The notes below the pieces were generated by a model. That model worked only from the letters and a program-made list of their open reading frames with translations. It made no database searches and was not told the origin of the DNA. 59,669 bases of DNA from the IMG/VR virus record IMGVR_UViG_3300030389_003133, positions 1-59,669 of that record; one strand, 5' to 3'. The DNA is from a virus. Taxonomy: Duplodnaviria > Caudoviricetes. The position numbers and the translations under genes were made by a program. Positions 1 to 10,085 of the stretch are shown here, one piece after another (position 1 is the first letter of the stretch; each line of letters starts with the position of its first letter).

Positions 1-99
1 TCTTTTAAAGTACCATCTTCATTGAATAAATTACTGTTAGTTTCCTTAATTTGATTTGTTACTTCTTCTGCTCTTGCTTCTGCTTCAGCAGCTTTTTTT
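1..99. repeat. Terminal direct repeat (assembly circularity overlap), copy 1
   Basis: Bases 1-98 identical to 59571-59668; position 99 is T versus C at 59669. Confidence 0.95.
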
Positions 100-3000
100 A
101 ATCTACGCTCATTAAAACGCAGTATACCTTCTTTCTTTTGTTGTTTTAAATCTTCTAAGATACCTTGTGCTTGTTCTAAAGACGCTTCAGGTAGGTCTAT
201 AAATTGGTCATAAGCTAATTGAAGTTGTAGTAAATTTTGCTCGAAGTAATCTATCTCTTCGTTCCTTACTACCTTTTGTGAAGCCTCAAATATTTTTTGT
301 TCATTCTTTAATAAGTAATCAGAAATCTTTCTTACCGCTTCAGCTCTTAGCTCAGGGTCTTTAATTAAAACTGCATCCAACACTTCTTTTATGTTAGCAA
401 AAGTGACCTGTGCAATACCATCGACTCCTTTTAATCTTCTCTTTTTTGACTGTAATCTAAATGAGGATTTGTCTTTTACTATTTTGTATATCTCTGCAAG
501 AGTGTCTCTTTTCATAATAGCACGTTGCTCATCTACTATCTTCATTACTTTTTCTTGAGCTGCGATATACTGCTCAGGTTTTCTTAGATTAGTTACAGAT
601 GCAATAAGTCTATTAATTTTTGCTTGACTATATTTTTTTGATGGAGGTAAACTAGCTCTAATAAAATTCTTTAACTGTATTTTTAAGTTATTAAGATTAG
701 TTGCTCCTACGTTTTGTTGTCTGAGGTTAGCTCGTATATTACTTATCTCTTGTTGAACTTCAGGATTACCTCTATATCCAAGGCTTCTGTCAAACCCTAT
801 TTGTAATTCTTGTTGTACTTGTTCATTCTGTTCTTGGAAGATAGGATTGGCTTTTAATAATTCCTGTGCCTTTTGTCTTATCTCTGAAAAGGTTTTTATT
901 CTTTTACCTGCTTTCATTGAAAAGTCTTGGAGCTTTTGATTGACTTCATTAAAAAGTTTTGCTGCCTTCAATATACCACCCTCTACACGACTAAATTCAG
1001 TCGGCATACTTGTGGTGCCATCTACGTCATAAGTCATCGCCTCGTTGATTATATCAGCACTAAACCCTCTTCCTTTTAATACTTCACGTATAGATGCGTC
1101 TGAAAATGCGTTTTCCCTACCTATACGTACTATCTCAGAAGCAGTGTCATCAGCTCTAAACATAGTCTCAGCTAAGTTCTCAGTCAATGTATTTAGTTGT
1201 TTATCGTCAATCTTCACAGGTTTACCTGAAAGAATGTCAGCAACGGCAGTTCCTAAGAACTCATCTAGTGTGAGGTCTTGTATTTCTTGTGGTGACAAGT
1301 CCTTTGATAATTTAAAGGTCTTCTTTACAAACGTCCATACAGAGTTTATCCAATTTTTTATTTTTTCTTTTAACGATTCGTTTATTACCGTCTCTCCTTT
1401 ATTACCTATTAGAGTAGCCATAGTTTCATCTACGGCTTTGGTTACATCACCATCAAACTTTTTTAAGTTTCTTTTGTAAAGAGCAGTTTGTTTTATCAAA
1501 GCTGCACCTTTATTATATATCTCTTTGCCTTGTATTTTTAAGTTTTCTATCCATACGTGTCCCATCTCGTGTATGGCAGTATTAAATAAATCACTTTTTG
1601 ATTTATGAACTTCAGGGTTGATAAATATTTTACCCTCTTTAGTCATACCATATATTACCTGTCCGTTTTTAATGTAAGGAGTTACATCAGGACTAGCTAT
1701 CATTTTATTAAATGTTTCTTGATTTACAGAAAACTGAACAAAAGGAAAACTCTTGTTGATGAATTGTAAAAATTTACCCACATCATCCATTCCAACATAC
1801 TTGTCTATCAAGTCGTTGGTGTTCATGTTGGTATCAGTATCTTTTACCTCTGTATATTCTTCTGTAGTTATTCCTTCGTTCTCGGCATCACGGTTTATTG
1901 CGAGGAGGATTTTTTCACGAAGGCTTGACCCTTCTTGTCGTTGTTGTAGGGAGCCTTGGCGACCATCTGAAAGAATCTGTTGTCGGCTCTCCTTGCCAAT
2001 ATATCTTGAGTTGATTGCTCTTTTGTCTGAGACTTCATAAGTAATGTTTTTGTCATCTAATATATCTAATAACTTTTCAAGTTTGGCATCCTTTTGGGGG
2101 TCACTAAAATCAAAAATGTCCAACAAAGTTAATGAATTATTTGTTTCGCTCAAAGTAAATTCATCAATACCTGCTTCTTGCAGGGCTTGGAAGGTGCCTT
2201 CCGTATCTGAAACCTTGATAGTAATTTCGTCACCATTATGATTTATCGCACCGTCTGTAGTATATTCAGCAGCAATGCTAGACTCTTGTACTTCAGGTGC
2301 TAATGCAGCAGCGATAGCCGCAAACTCAGAGGCTTGTTCTAGTGTAGCGTCTTTTAAATTTACAACTGTACTTATCTCTCTTATCTTTGTACCGGCATCA
2401 TTTACATAACCTCCGATAGCTTCTTCAATTTCTACTTCTAAACCTAAGTCTTTACCTAAGTCTATTAGGCTTTGCTTATACTGTTCATATTCATTTGATG
2501 TTCTTAAATTACCTGCTTCTGTTGTAGATTCAACTGAAGTGTCAAAGAACGGTGCTACATTTACTGTTGCTCCTCTTTCTTTAGTTCTAAAATCTACTTT
2601 ACCCTCTTGTATGTTTTTCTTTCTTTGGTTTAACTCTTGTATTAAAGCAGACTTAGTAGGTCTGTTTCTTTTGGATGCTCGAATCTTTTTTATTTCTGCA
2701 TCAATCTTTTTTATTTCAGCAGCAATCTTTGCTTTACTTGGTCGTCTTTTTCGTTTTACCTCTTCTTCTGTTTCTCTTACATTAGTCCCTGCTTGAGCGT
2801 TTGCAGTTTTAGGTAGGGTCTTTACCTGTATCCTTTTCTTTGTCTTTTTCTGTGTCTTTGAAGACACTCTTCTTCTTTTTGGAGGTTTGACTCCTTTTTC
2901 TTTGAGAACCTGTTCTAAGTCTTTCGTTTCTTCTGTTATTGCTTCTCGAGTATCAGTATCAACTACTTCTTTTACAGGTAATCCGGCAGCTTTACGTTGT

Positions 3001-6000
3001 CTGTTAGACATTTTGTTTTCTGTCTTAGGATTTCTTACAGTTGTAATGTCTACCTCTTCAGTGGTTTGTATATCTCCTGCAGCATTGGTCAAATATTCTT
3101 CATTAGACAAGGTGTTGTCTTTAGAAATTTTCTGAGTAGTGAAAGTAGTTCCCTCATTATCCGTTAGTCTCATCTCTCTACTACCATCAAGATTTGTGGT
3201 GATAGTAGCATTTTTAGTTTCCCCATTAGCGTCTGTATATGTAAACGCCTGTTGTTTAACAGGGATTTGACTATCCTTTAATGTTTCTACCTCACTCTCC
3301 TGAGTGGTCTCAGGTCCTGCGGTTTGTTCGGATGATACCTCCTCATCCACCTTTTGTATATTTCCGGCTTGTTGAGCTTCATCCACGTTTTCTGCTTTTC
3401 GCTCTTGAATGGCATCTTGTTTAAATTTATCGTTAATAATATCTGTTACTTCTTGGTCATTATCTACCTGAACATTAGAGTCGTTAAACATTTCTAATGT
3501 CATGTTACCAATCTTATCTAACATTTGTTTACGTGTTAGATTCTCTCCATCTATTTTATAAGATGCAGTCACATCACTACGTATATCTGTTTCAGTTTGT
3601 TGAGACGTAGATATACCGCCAATGTTTAGATTAGTTTGTTGGTCTGTTGGTCTTAATTTTTTAGTCTCTGCTAACTCTGCCAACTCTACTTTTACTTCGC
3701 TTATCTTATTACTAAAGACGGCTTTTCTGTTTTGCGTGGCTTCTAATTCATTCTTAGCTGCCATCAACTCCATAGTCCTGTTTAAAACTTCAGGAGTTAT
3801 ATTGCCTTCTGTAGCATTCAACACATTAAGTGCATCTTGTCTCAAACCTAAGTTCAACTGTATACGCTGATTTTGTTCTTTACTTATCTGACCAAGTCTT
3901 TGCATATTATTAGCCCAATTAGAAACTCTCTTAGGACTAACACTTAATTTGTTTTTTAACTCGTTATTTAAGCCTTGTATACTGCTTAAATCGTTGGCTA
4001 TTTCTACGTTATTGTTTGCTCTCATATCAAGAGCCATATTCAATGCAGCAAATGGTGCGTTGTTACCTAAACCACCAAGTCCTTCTGCAAATATTTCCTT
4101 CCAATCAATCTTCTCTCCTGCACTAACTTGAGCCAAATACTCTCCTGTTGCTTCTGCAAGAGGGTCGTACAATACTCTTTCACCTAAAGATAAAGCGGTT
4201 CTCCTACCGTATGATGCAGTTTTACCAACCTGAAACAATCTACCTGCTAAACCGGCTGAAAGAATATCAACAATAGCAATAGGTATACCACGTTGTGCTC
4301 CTCTTTTTGCACCAAAAGCCCACACTCTATCATCTTGCAATGCAGCTTTCATCTGTTCGGGGTCCATTATATCATAATCATACTCTTTTGCTGCATCCAT
4401 TACTGCATTGGTATATTCCAATGCATATCCCGTTGCTGCAAACCCTGTTCTTAACCCCCAACTCAAACCTGTCATAGCACCTCCCGCAGTTGTTACTACA
4501 CCACCGGGACCTGTAACAAAACCTGTAGCACCGACCCCTGCACCTATTGCAGTACCTGTAGCCGCAGTCCCTGAAATAATTTTCCATCCATAAGGTAACA
4601 TTTGAGAGATACTATTTCCGGCAAAACTTAATGCAAGTTCTGCAGGATTATCACTAAATGCATCCCAAGCCTCTCTGAAACCACGGGAAGAATGCCAACG
4701 TGCCATTGCACGGCTTGTTTTACCTGTGTTTCCTGCTTCCATATAATCTACAATTGCTTGTGCTATCTGAGCAGTAGAAGCGTCATCGTCCACGTCTTCT
4801 AGTCCTAGAGCTAGTTTTAATATTTCATTACCTGCTTTTCCACGAAACCAACCTTGCTTGATTTCATTAGACATACCGCTCCAATTTTGGACTATTTCAC
4901 CTCTTAAATTTTTGTCAAATTTTGAATCTAAGTATGTTTCTGCCACTTGATAAGTGTCTGCTGCAGCTTGTTGCACATCTTTTGTTGCTTTATATGATGT
5001 TAATATAGCATCTTTAAGTTCTGCTGCTTCTGCGTTTTGGGGAGTATAATTAGGTAACTGTTCTATGTTAACACCAAACTCAGATAATGATTTAGTAAGT
5101 AATTCGTTTTGAATATACTTAGATGACATATTTTGACGCACTGATTCTTGTGCAATCTTCTGATATTTTTTGTCTATGTAAACATCAAAGTCTTCTCGTA
5201 TCTCTTGTATTTGGTCATCAGTATAGATGGGAGACAAATCGGCTTCGACTTTTTTTTCTTCTTCAAGAATATCTAGTATATCGTTTCTTAAAAAACCATC
5301 GCTTCCGTACAAATCACTATAAAGTTCTTTCTCCTCATCAGTTAAAAATTTTAATTCTCTTGCTCGAGTATCAGAACCACTACGTGCTGCTTCAATAAAA
5401 TCTATCTTGTCTCTTACTCTTTCATACTCTGTGAACTGTTCTTTTATTGCTAAATAGTCTTGACCTCTATCTTTAAAAAACCTATCTGCTTCGACTTCAA
5501 CGTTGTTTATTTCTTTCCAAGAACCTTCAGCAAACAACTCTGCTTGTTCACGGTCTTTAAAACCACTAAACACCTCGCCTCTTTTTTTAGCTTCTTCATA
5601 GGCTTCCATACCATCAAGCTCTACCCAATAATCCGGGTCATTAGTTTGTATGTTTGGGTTTATAGGGAATAACGTGGGATAAACTACTTCTTTTCCGTCA
5701 ATGTTTGCAGATTGAAATAATACAGTAGACTCTTCTCCATTAAGTATACGTGGTGTTGAACGAAGATTTTGAGCTCTTACAACATTTTGCATATAATCGC
5801 TATCAACAAGCTCTCTTTGTTCTTGTGGGGTTTGTGCATATTTAGCAACAAAGTTTCTTAATTTTTCTGCTTCTGATTCATCACCTGCATCAGTAAAGGC
5901 ATCTAGGTCTATGTATTCGGTCTTTACTCCATCCTCTGTATTTATAGAAACTTCTACACCATCAAACTCTTTGTCTATATCTTTTTGGTCAACACCGCCT

Positions 6001-6770
6001 ATATAACTAAAAAACCTCTTCAGTTTGCCTCCCGATTGTCTGACGGTAAAACCATACTTACCAAGTAAGCCACTTAAATATTTCGCACTTACATCCTCGT
6101 CATCATTAGCAAGAACATCACTTGTAATAGTTGCTAAATCGTTTTGAAAAGTTGGGGACTTGTTTATATCAAGATTGTCCTGTCTTTCTTTCAGATATAG
6201 CTCCTTCTTAATTTCATCCTCCTCTGCAGTCATTACATCTAAGTCTGCTTGTGCAGCAGCTACTTGCTCTTTTGTGTATGCTATATCGGCATCTCTTTGT
6301 AACAAAGCATTCTGATACAAAGGGTCTTTTTCAATCAGACTTTGTTTAATCATCATCTCCGAACCCTTTTCAGTATAGTTGCCACTAAACTCTTGGTTTA
6401 ATTTTCTTAATGCCAAACTAGCAGGGTCAATATATCCTGCAGCTCGAGTGTCTCTGCCTTGAATATTGTTGGGGTCTATTGTTTCTAAATAAGCGAAGTC
6501 ATCAACTTTGAATGATTCCGATGAAGTATCCTCTGATGGTAACTCCCCATCGTCTTTTTTTTTTACCGTTCCCACGGCTTGTAAAAAGTCAACCACACTT
6601 ACCTCGTTTTTGTAAGAAGGGTCTATTGAACCCATGTATTCATATATCTGAGCAGCAAATTGTTGTTGCCCCATATTTTCCACAAAAGAATCAAAGGTAA
6701 CGTCAGTCGAGTAAGTCTCGTCTTGTGATACCATATAATCATATAACTGTCTTAAATATTCTTCGTTCAT
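1..6770 (-). CDS. Giant virion/DNA-ejection-type protein, 5' part (~3,081 aa in total, continues across the junction to 57095); contains a zincin-like HExxH motif
   Basis: ATG at 6770 (MNEEYLRQLY...). Frame was open wherever I spot-checked it and is in frame with the 57095..59428 ORF through the overlap (6770+2476 nt = 3082 codons). TAIHEMGHVW with HEMGH at 1557-1571. Lies at the end of the structural operon. Confidence 0.8.
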   Translation of the reverse strand, partial: MNEEYLRQLYDYMVSQDETYSTDVTFDSFVENMGQQQFAAQIYEYMGSIDPSYKNEVSVVDFLQAVGTVKKKDDGELPSEDTSSESFKVDDFAYLETIDPNNIQGRDTRAAGYIDPASLALRKLNQEFSGNYTEKGSEMMIKQSLIEKDPLYQNALLQRDADIAYTKEQVAAAQADLDVMTAEEDEIKKELYLKERQDNLDINKSPTFQNDLATITSDVLANDDEDVSAKYLSGLLGKYGFTVRQSGGKLKRFFSYIGGVDQKDIDKEFDGVEVSINTEDGVKTEYIDLDAFTDAGDESEAEKLRNFVAKYAQTPQEQRELVDSDYMQNVVRAQNLRSTPRILNGEESTVLFQSANIDGKEVVYPTLFPINPNIQTNDPDYWVELDGMEAYEEAKKRGEVFSGFKDREQAELFAEGSWKEINNVEVEADRFFKDRGQDYLAIKEQFTEYERVRDKIDFIEAARSGSDTRARELKFLTDEEKELYSDLYGSDGFLRNDILDILEEEKKVEADLSPIYTDDQIQEIREDFDVYIDKKYQKIAQESVRQNMSSKYIQNELLTKSLSEFGVNIEQLPNYTPQNAEAAELKDAILTSYKATKDVQQAAADTYQVAETYLDSKFDKNLRGEIVQNWSGMSNEIKQGWFRGKAGNEILKLALGLEDVDDDASTAQIAQAIVDYMEAGNTGKTSRAMARWHSSRGFREAWDAFSDNPAELALSFAGNSISQMLPYGWKIISGTAATGTAIGAGVGATGFVTGPGGVVTTAGGAMTGLSWGLRTGFAATGYALEYTNAVMDAAKEYDYDIMDPEQMKAALQDDRVWAFGAKRGAQRGIPIAIVDILSAGLAGRLFQVGKTASYGRRTALSLGERVLYDPLAEATGEYLAQVSAGEKIDWKEIFAEGLGGLGNNAPFAALNMALDMRANNNVEIANDLSSIQGLNNELKNKLSVSPKRVSNWANNMQRLGQISKEQNQRIQLNLGLRQDALNVLNATEGNITPEVLNRTMELMAAKNELEATQNRKAVFSNKISEVKVELAELAETKKLRPTDQQTNLNIGGISTSQQTETDIRSDVTASYKIDGENLTRKQMLDKIGNMTLEMFNDSNVQVDNDQEVTDIINDKFKQDAIQERKAENVDEAQQAGNIQKVDEEVSSEQTAGPETTQESEVETLKDSQIPVKQQAFTYTDANGETKNATITTNLDGSREMRLTDNEGTTFTTQKISKDNTLSNEEYLTNAAGDIQTTEEVDITTVRNPKTENKMSNRQRKAAGLPVKEVVDTDTREAITEETKDLEQVLKEKGVKPPKRRRVSSKTQKKTKKRIQVKTLPKTANAQAGTNVRETEEEVKRKRRPSKAKIAAEIKKIDAEIKKIRASKRNRPTKSALIQELNQRKKNIQEGKVDFRTKERGATVNVAPFFDTSVESTTEAGNLRTSNEYEQYKQSLIDLGKDLGLEVEIEEAIGGYVNDAGTKIREISTVVNLKDATLEQASEFAAIAAALAPEVQESSIAAEYTTDGAINHNGDEITIKVSDTEGTFQALQEAGIDEFTLSETNNSLTLLDIFDFSDPQKDAKLEKLLDILDDKNITYEVSDKRAINSRYIGKESRQQILSDGRQGSLQQRQEGSSLREKILLAINRDAENEGITTEEYTEVKDTDTNMNTNDLIDKYVGMDDVGKFLQFINKSFPFVQFSVNQETFNKMIASPDVTPYIKNGQVIYGMTKEGKIFINPEVHKSKSDLFNTAIHEMGHVWIENLKIQGKEIYNKGAALIKQTALYKRNLKKFDGDVTKAVDETMATLIGNKGETVINESLKEKIKNWINSVWTFVKKTFKLSKDLSPQEIQDLTLDEFLGTAVADILSGKPVKIDDKQLNTLTENLAETMFRADDTASEIVRIGRENAFSDASIREVLKGRGFSADIINEAMTYDVDGTTSMPTEFSRVEGGILKAAKLFNEVNQKLQDFSMKAGKRIKTFSEIRQKAQELLKANPIFQEQNEQVQQELQIGFDRSLGYRGNPEVQQEISNIRANLRQQNVGATNLNNLKIQLKNFIRASLPPSKKYSQAKINRLIASVTNLRKPEQYIAAQEKVMKIVDEQRAIMKRDTLAEIYKIVKDKSSFRLQSKKRRLKGVDGIAQVTFANIKEVLDAVLIKDPELRAEAVRKISDYLLKNEQKIFEASQKVVRNEEIDYFEQNLLQLQLAYDQFIDLPEASLEQAQGILEDLKQQKKEGILRFNERRLKKAAEAEARAEEVTNQIKETNSNLFNEDGTLK
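2852..2867. repeat. 16-bp palindrome copy (GTGTCTTTGAAGACAC), intragenic
   Basis: One central mismatch to consensus; reads VSSKT in the giant protein. Confidence 0.9.
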
Positions 6771-6780
6771 AAGACTTTAT

Positions 6781-8733
6781 TTATTGTGGTCTAGGTGGTG
6801 GATTATTTGGTGGGGGTGTGTTTTGATTTGTTTGATTTGTTTGAGCTTCTTTACGTCTACCAAAATCATCTGTATACCTGTTTTTTGCATCTTCATCTAA
6901 TAAAAAGTTTTGTTGGTTGAATGACAGATTGACCAAGAACTCTTTAACTTTTTCTAACTCCTCTTTTGCTTTAGTTGCATTTGATAAATCAATATCAAAT
7001 CTCTTTCTCGGAGTACCTGTTTCGTTATTAGCAGGAACCGTAACAACCAATCCCATTCCTACATTAAAGTCTCTAACTGAAACTTTTTCTAATCCCGGTA
7101 ACGCAGAAATTTGTTTTTTCAATTCTGACTCAGCCGCTTCTTCTTGCTCTTCGCTAATGGCAGCACCCGCATTTTTTGTAAGTGTTACTAGGTCAAACTT
7201 AGCACCTTCGTTTTGCTTAAAGGCTTCTTCAAATGGTAGTTTAACTTCTCCTTGACCTTTGGATGAGAAGGCATAATCTGTTCCTTTCAACAATGGTTTA
7301 TCGAAATTGACATTACCTCTACTAATTACTTCGTTAATATCAGCAATTTTATTTTTATCAGGCAACGCAAAGTTCATACCCGACTCAACAAAGGCTCTTT
7401 GGTCTTGTCCGAACAATATAGTTTCAGAATCTCTTCCGTCGTTGAAATCAATTATTATTCCTTCACCATCATCTGACAACCTTATCTCTCCCACGTTTGG
7501 ATTAAATCCTCGTAAAGCATTTGCTGCTGCTAATTTTTCTTCTTTAGTTCCATAGTATAATTTAGCAAAATTGTTAACTACACTTACTTGTAGGTCTTCA
7601 GAATCTCCTCTCGCTTGATTTGACGTTGGTTCAAATGGTGTAGAACCTGCAGATTTAGTAGTTCTCTTTTGGTCTATTCTTGCACGAATAGCCATTTTTA
7701 CAGTATTTTTTACATCTTCTTCTTGTTGTTTTGTAAACACAGGAGTACCTGCTATAACACCCTCTACAATTGTACCGTCTTTCAATTTTACTTCTTCCCT
7801 TGCTAGAAATATTAAATTACCGTCCGCAGGTTGATTTTCAAATTCTTCTTGATTATAAGTAAATGTATAGGCTTTTCCGTTGGGTGCTTTTTTACCTCTA
7901 TCAGTCAAAACAGAAGATACTTTATTTTTGTTGCCTAAAACAATATCTGCTTCAGCATCTTCCCATTCATTATAAGTTGCTACAAATGCTTTTTCCTCAT
8001 CGGTATAATTACCCTTCATGGCATTTACCTCTGTAACAATAGTATTAAGTTGACCTTCATTAGCTCTAAAAACTGTAGAGTTTTCTATTTCACCTAAACT
8101 ATCCGCAGAAGCGTCTGCAAAGCCATTAAGGTCAAACCTGTCATATTTTTGTTTTAGCCTACTTCTAAGCTCCGGCACTGTAGCAAAATCGCTTGGGTTA
8201 CTAGATATATCACCGGTGCTGCTATCTCTTTTTCCAATACTTACCACACCATTAGTAGGATTTATATATGCACCTACGTTTCTTAAATTAGCAAGACCTT
8301 CAGTTTGTTCCATTTCCCAAACTTCTCTAAACGAAGACTCATCCCCATCCCATCTCTTCATTTTTTCTGTATATTCTGCTTGGTATTCTTTGGCAAGGTC
8401 AAACATTTGAGTTGTTCCACTTGTATTGTTTTGACGATTACGAGTGTAATCACGTAAAGATAACTCACCTGTTTGAAGTAGTCTATCTTGCAAAAGCCTA
8501 TACTCCTGCATTCCGTTACTATAATCACCTATGAAAGTATTACCTGCATCGTAGTCTCCGGTTGGAGCATTTGAAAGTTGTTCACCAAACTTTCTTGAGC
8601 GTTCAGCGATTGCTGCTTTTTCGTTTTCACGAGCAATAGTCTCTGCCTTGAGCATATCGGTAACTCCCTTACCAACTTCTGCCCAATTGATTTGGTCTTT
8701 AACGTCTCTTTCTACATACTTAAAATAAGTCAT
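6781..8733 (-). CDS. Putative internal virion protein (650 aa)
   Basis: Long ORF between the pilot-like protein and the giant protein; function from position only. Confidence 0.55.
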   Translation of the reverse strand: MTYFKYVERDVKDQINWAEVGKGVTDMLKAETIARENEKAAIAERSRKFGEQLSNAPTGDYDAGNTFIGDYSNGMQEYRLLQDRLLQTGELSLRDYTRNRQNNTSGTTQMFDLAKEYQAEYTEKMKRWDGDESSFREVWEMEQTEGLANLRNVGAYINPTNGVVSIGKRDSSTGDISSNPSDFATVPELRSRLKQKYDRFDLNGFADASADSLGEIENSTVFRANEGQLNTIVTEVNAMKGNYTDEEKAFVATYNEWEDAEADIVLGNKNKVSSVLTDRGKKAPNGKAYTFTYNQEEFENQPADGNLIFLAREEVKLKDGTIVEGVIAGTPVFTKQQEEDVKNTVKMAIRARIDQKRTTKSAGSTPFEPTSNQARGDSEDLQVSVVNNFAKLYYGTKEEKLAAANALRGFNPNVGEIRLSDDGEGIIIDFNDGRDSETILFGQDQRAFVESGMNFALPDKNKIADINEVISRGNVNFDKPLLKGTDYAFSSKGQGEVKLPFEEAFKQNEGAKFDLVTLTKNAGAAISEEQEEAAESELKKQISALPGLEKVSVRDFNVGMGLVVTVPANNETGTPRKRFDIDLSNATKAKEELEKVKEFLVNLSFNQQNFLLDEDAKNRYTDDFGRRKEAQTNQTNQNTPPPNNPPPRPQ

Positions 8734-8736
8734 AGA

Positions 8737-9651
8737 TTATTGATTTGGTTGATTCATCATTTGTTGAAACATCATGAATTGTTTCATCATTTCAGGGTCC
8801 ATAGGTGCTGAACCATATTGCATACCAAAAGGATTTGCGACTCCTTGTGGCTTCAATCTATCATAAGCAGTTTTAAATTGTTCACTGCCAAAAGTCTTAT
8901 TAAATTGGTCTGTAGTTAATCCTCTTTTAAATGCTTTAAATTCTTTCCTACTAAGGTCCTGTACTGCTTTGGGATTAAAGTTTGAAGTTGCCCCTTCAGG
9001 AACTGCCCCAAGACCATCAAAGGGACCCATTTCTTTCAATTGCTCATCAGTAAATTGTAACTCACCAAATGCTTTTCGTTGTGCACCAATATTTTGTGAA
9101 AAGAGAGGTACCAATGACAAACCTTGTTGAACTGCTGCACCGGCACTTTGTATACCTTGTTGAATGGCTTGTTGTCGTTGTTTCTCGGCATCGGCTGCTG
9201 CCTGTTGTGCTCCTGCTACTTCCTGTAAGTCTAACTGAACACCTAAATCTCTAAGCCTAGATTCTTCCTTAGCCACTAACTCTTCTATTCTGTTTAACTC
9301 TTGCTCTTGTGCCGCTCTTACTTGTCTTTGACCTGCTTGAGTTGCTAATTGTATTCTACCTGCAGTTGCTGCAGCACCTCTAGCATCACCCTCAACACCT
9401 GCTTGAGTAGCACCTTTAGCTTGAACTAAAACGTTTTCACGTTCAATATCATATATTTCTTTGTTAATACCTAAATCTTCCATAGTATTAACTTCAAGTT
9501 TTCTACGAGCTTCTGCCATTTTTCTTCTAGCCTCTCGTTCCGCTTGTTCTTGTTTTCGTTTTGCTGCACCTGCTTGTGCAAAAGAAGCACCTGCAGTTCC
9601 CGCAGAAATAGCTAAACTTGCACCTACCGCTATAGTTGTGAACGCTGCCAT
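8737..9651 (-). CDS. Putative internal virion/DNA pilot-like protein (304 aa)
   Basis: Ala/Gly-rich hydrophobic N-terminus followed by Ala/Gln-rich coiled coil, typical of podovirus ejection proteins. Confidence 0.55.
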   Translation of the reverse strand: MAAFTTIAVGASLAISAGTAGASFAQAGAAKRKQEQAEREARRKMAEARRKLEVNTMEDLGINKEIYDIERENVLVQAKGATQAGVEGDARGAAATAGRIQLATQAGQRQVRAAQEQELNRIEELVAKEESRLRDLGVQLDLQEVAGAQQAAADAEKQRQQAIQQGIQSAGAAVQQGLSLVPLFSQNIGAQRKAFGELQFTDEQLKEMGPFDGLGAVPEGATSNFNPKAVQDLSRKEFKAFKRGLTTDQFNKTFGSEQFKTAYDRLKPQGVANPFGMQYGSAPMDPEMMKQFMMFQQMMNQPNQ

Positions 9652-9652
9652 A

Positions 9653-10063
9653 TTATAATTTTTTTATTAGTTCAGAGTTATAAACATCACCTTTTATAAA
9701 CCCGAGTGTTTGGTATAGTTCTATCAAAGATTTACTTTTTATCAGTGCATATAAATATTTATGCCCTGTGTTCCTTGCTAATTTTTCTAAACTATCTATA
9801 AGCCATTTTAACGCATTTTGTCGATGAGGTTTTTTGCGATATGTCTTTGAAGACACAATCCAATCTACCCAAGCAACACCTGAATTGGTTGTATAAATGA
9901 AACCTGCACATATTGGTTCGTCTCCATCTAATATCATATACCCACCTGTACCGTTCTCCGGTAAAAAATCTTTTTGCGGTGGATTCCAATTCCAATCATT
10001 CCACCATCCAACGAGGATGGTATCATAATCATCGTCTTTTAATGGTCTTATATTTAATTCCAT
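9653..10063 (-). CDS. GNAT-like acetyltransferase-fold protein (136 aa)
   Basis: IRPL N-terminus, ICAGFIY strand, LYQTLGF C-terminal motif; position before internal virion genes. Confidence 0.6.
   Translation of the reverse strand: MELNIRPLKDDDYDTILVGWWNDWNWNPPQKDFLPENGTGGYMILDGDEPICAGFIYTTNSGVAWVDWIVSSKTYRKKPHRQNALKWLIDSLEKLARNTGHKYLYALIKSKSLIELYQTLGFIKGDVYNSELIKKL
9841..9856. repeat. 16-bp palindrome copy (ATGTCTTTGAAGACAC), intragenic
   Basis: Two mismatches to consensus; reads VSSKT. Confidence 0.75.
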
Positions 10064-10070
10064 TTATCTA

Positions 10071-10078
10071 CAAAGATA
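10071..10078 (-). promoter_or_regulatory. Bacteroidota-type -7 box TATCTTTG
   Basis: Intergenic, 7 nt before the ATG at 10063. Confidence 0.6.
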
Positions 10079-10085
10079 ATAAAAT

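Noticed and set aside
1-6770. Giant protein as a crAss-type virion RNA polymerase
   Set aside because: I saw no DxDxD catalytic loop, and early promoters match host consensus; not excluded without a profile search
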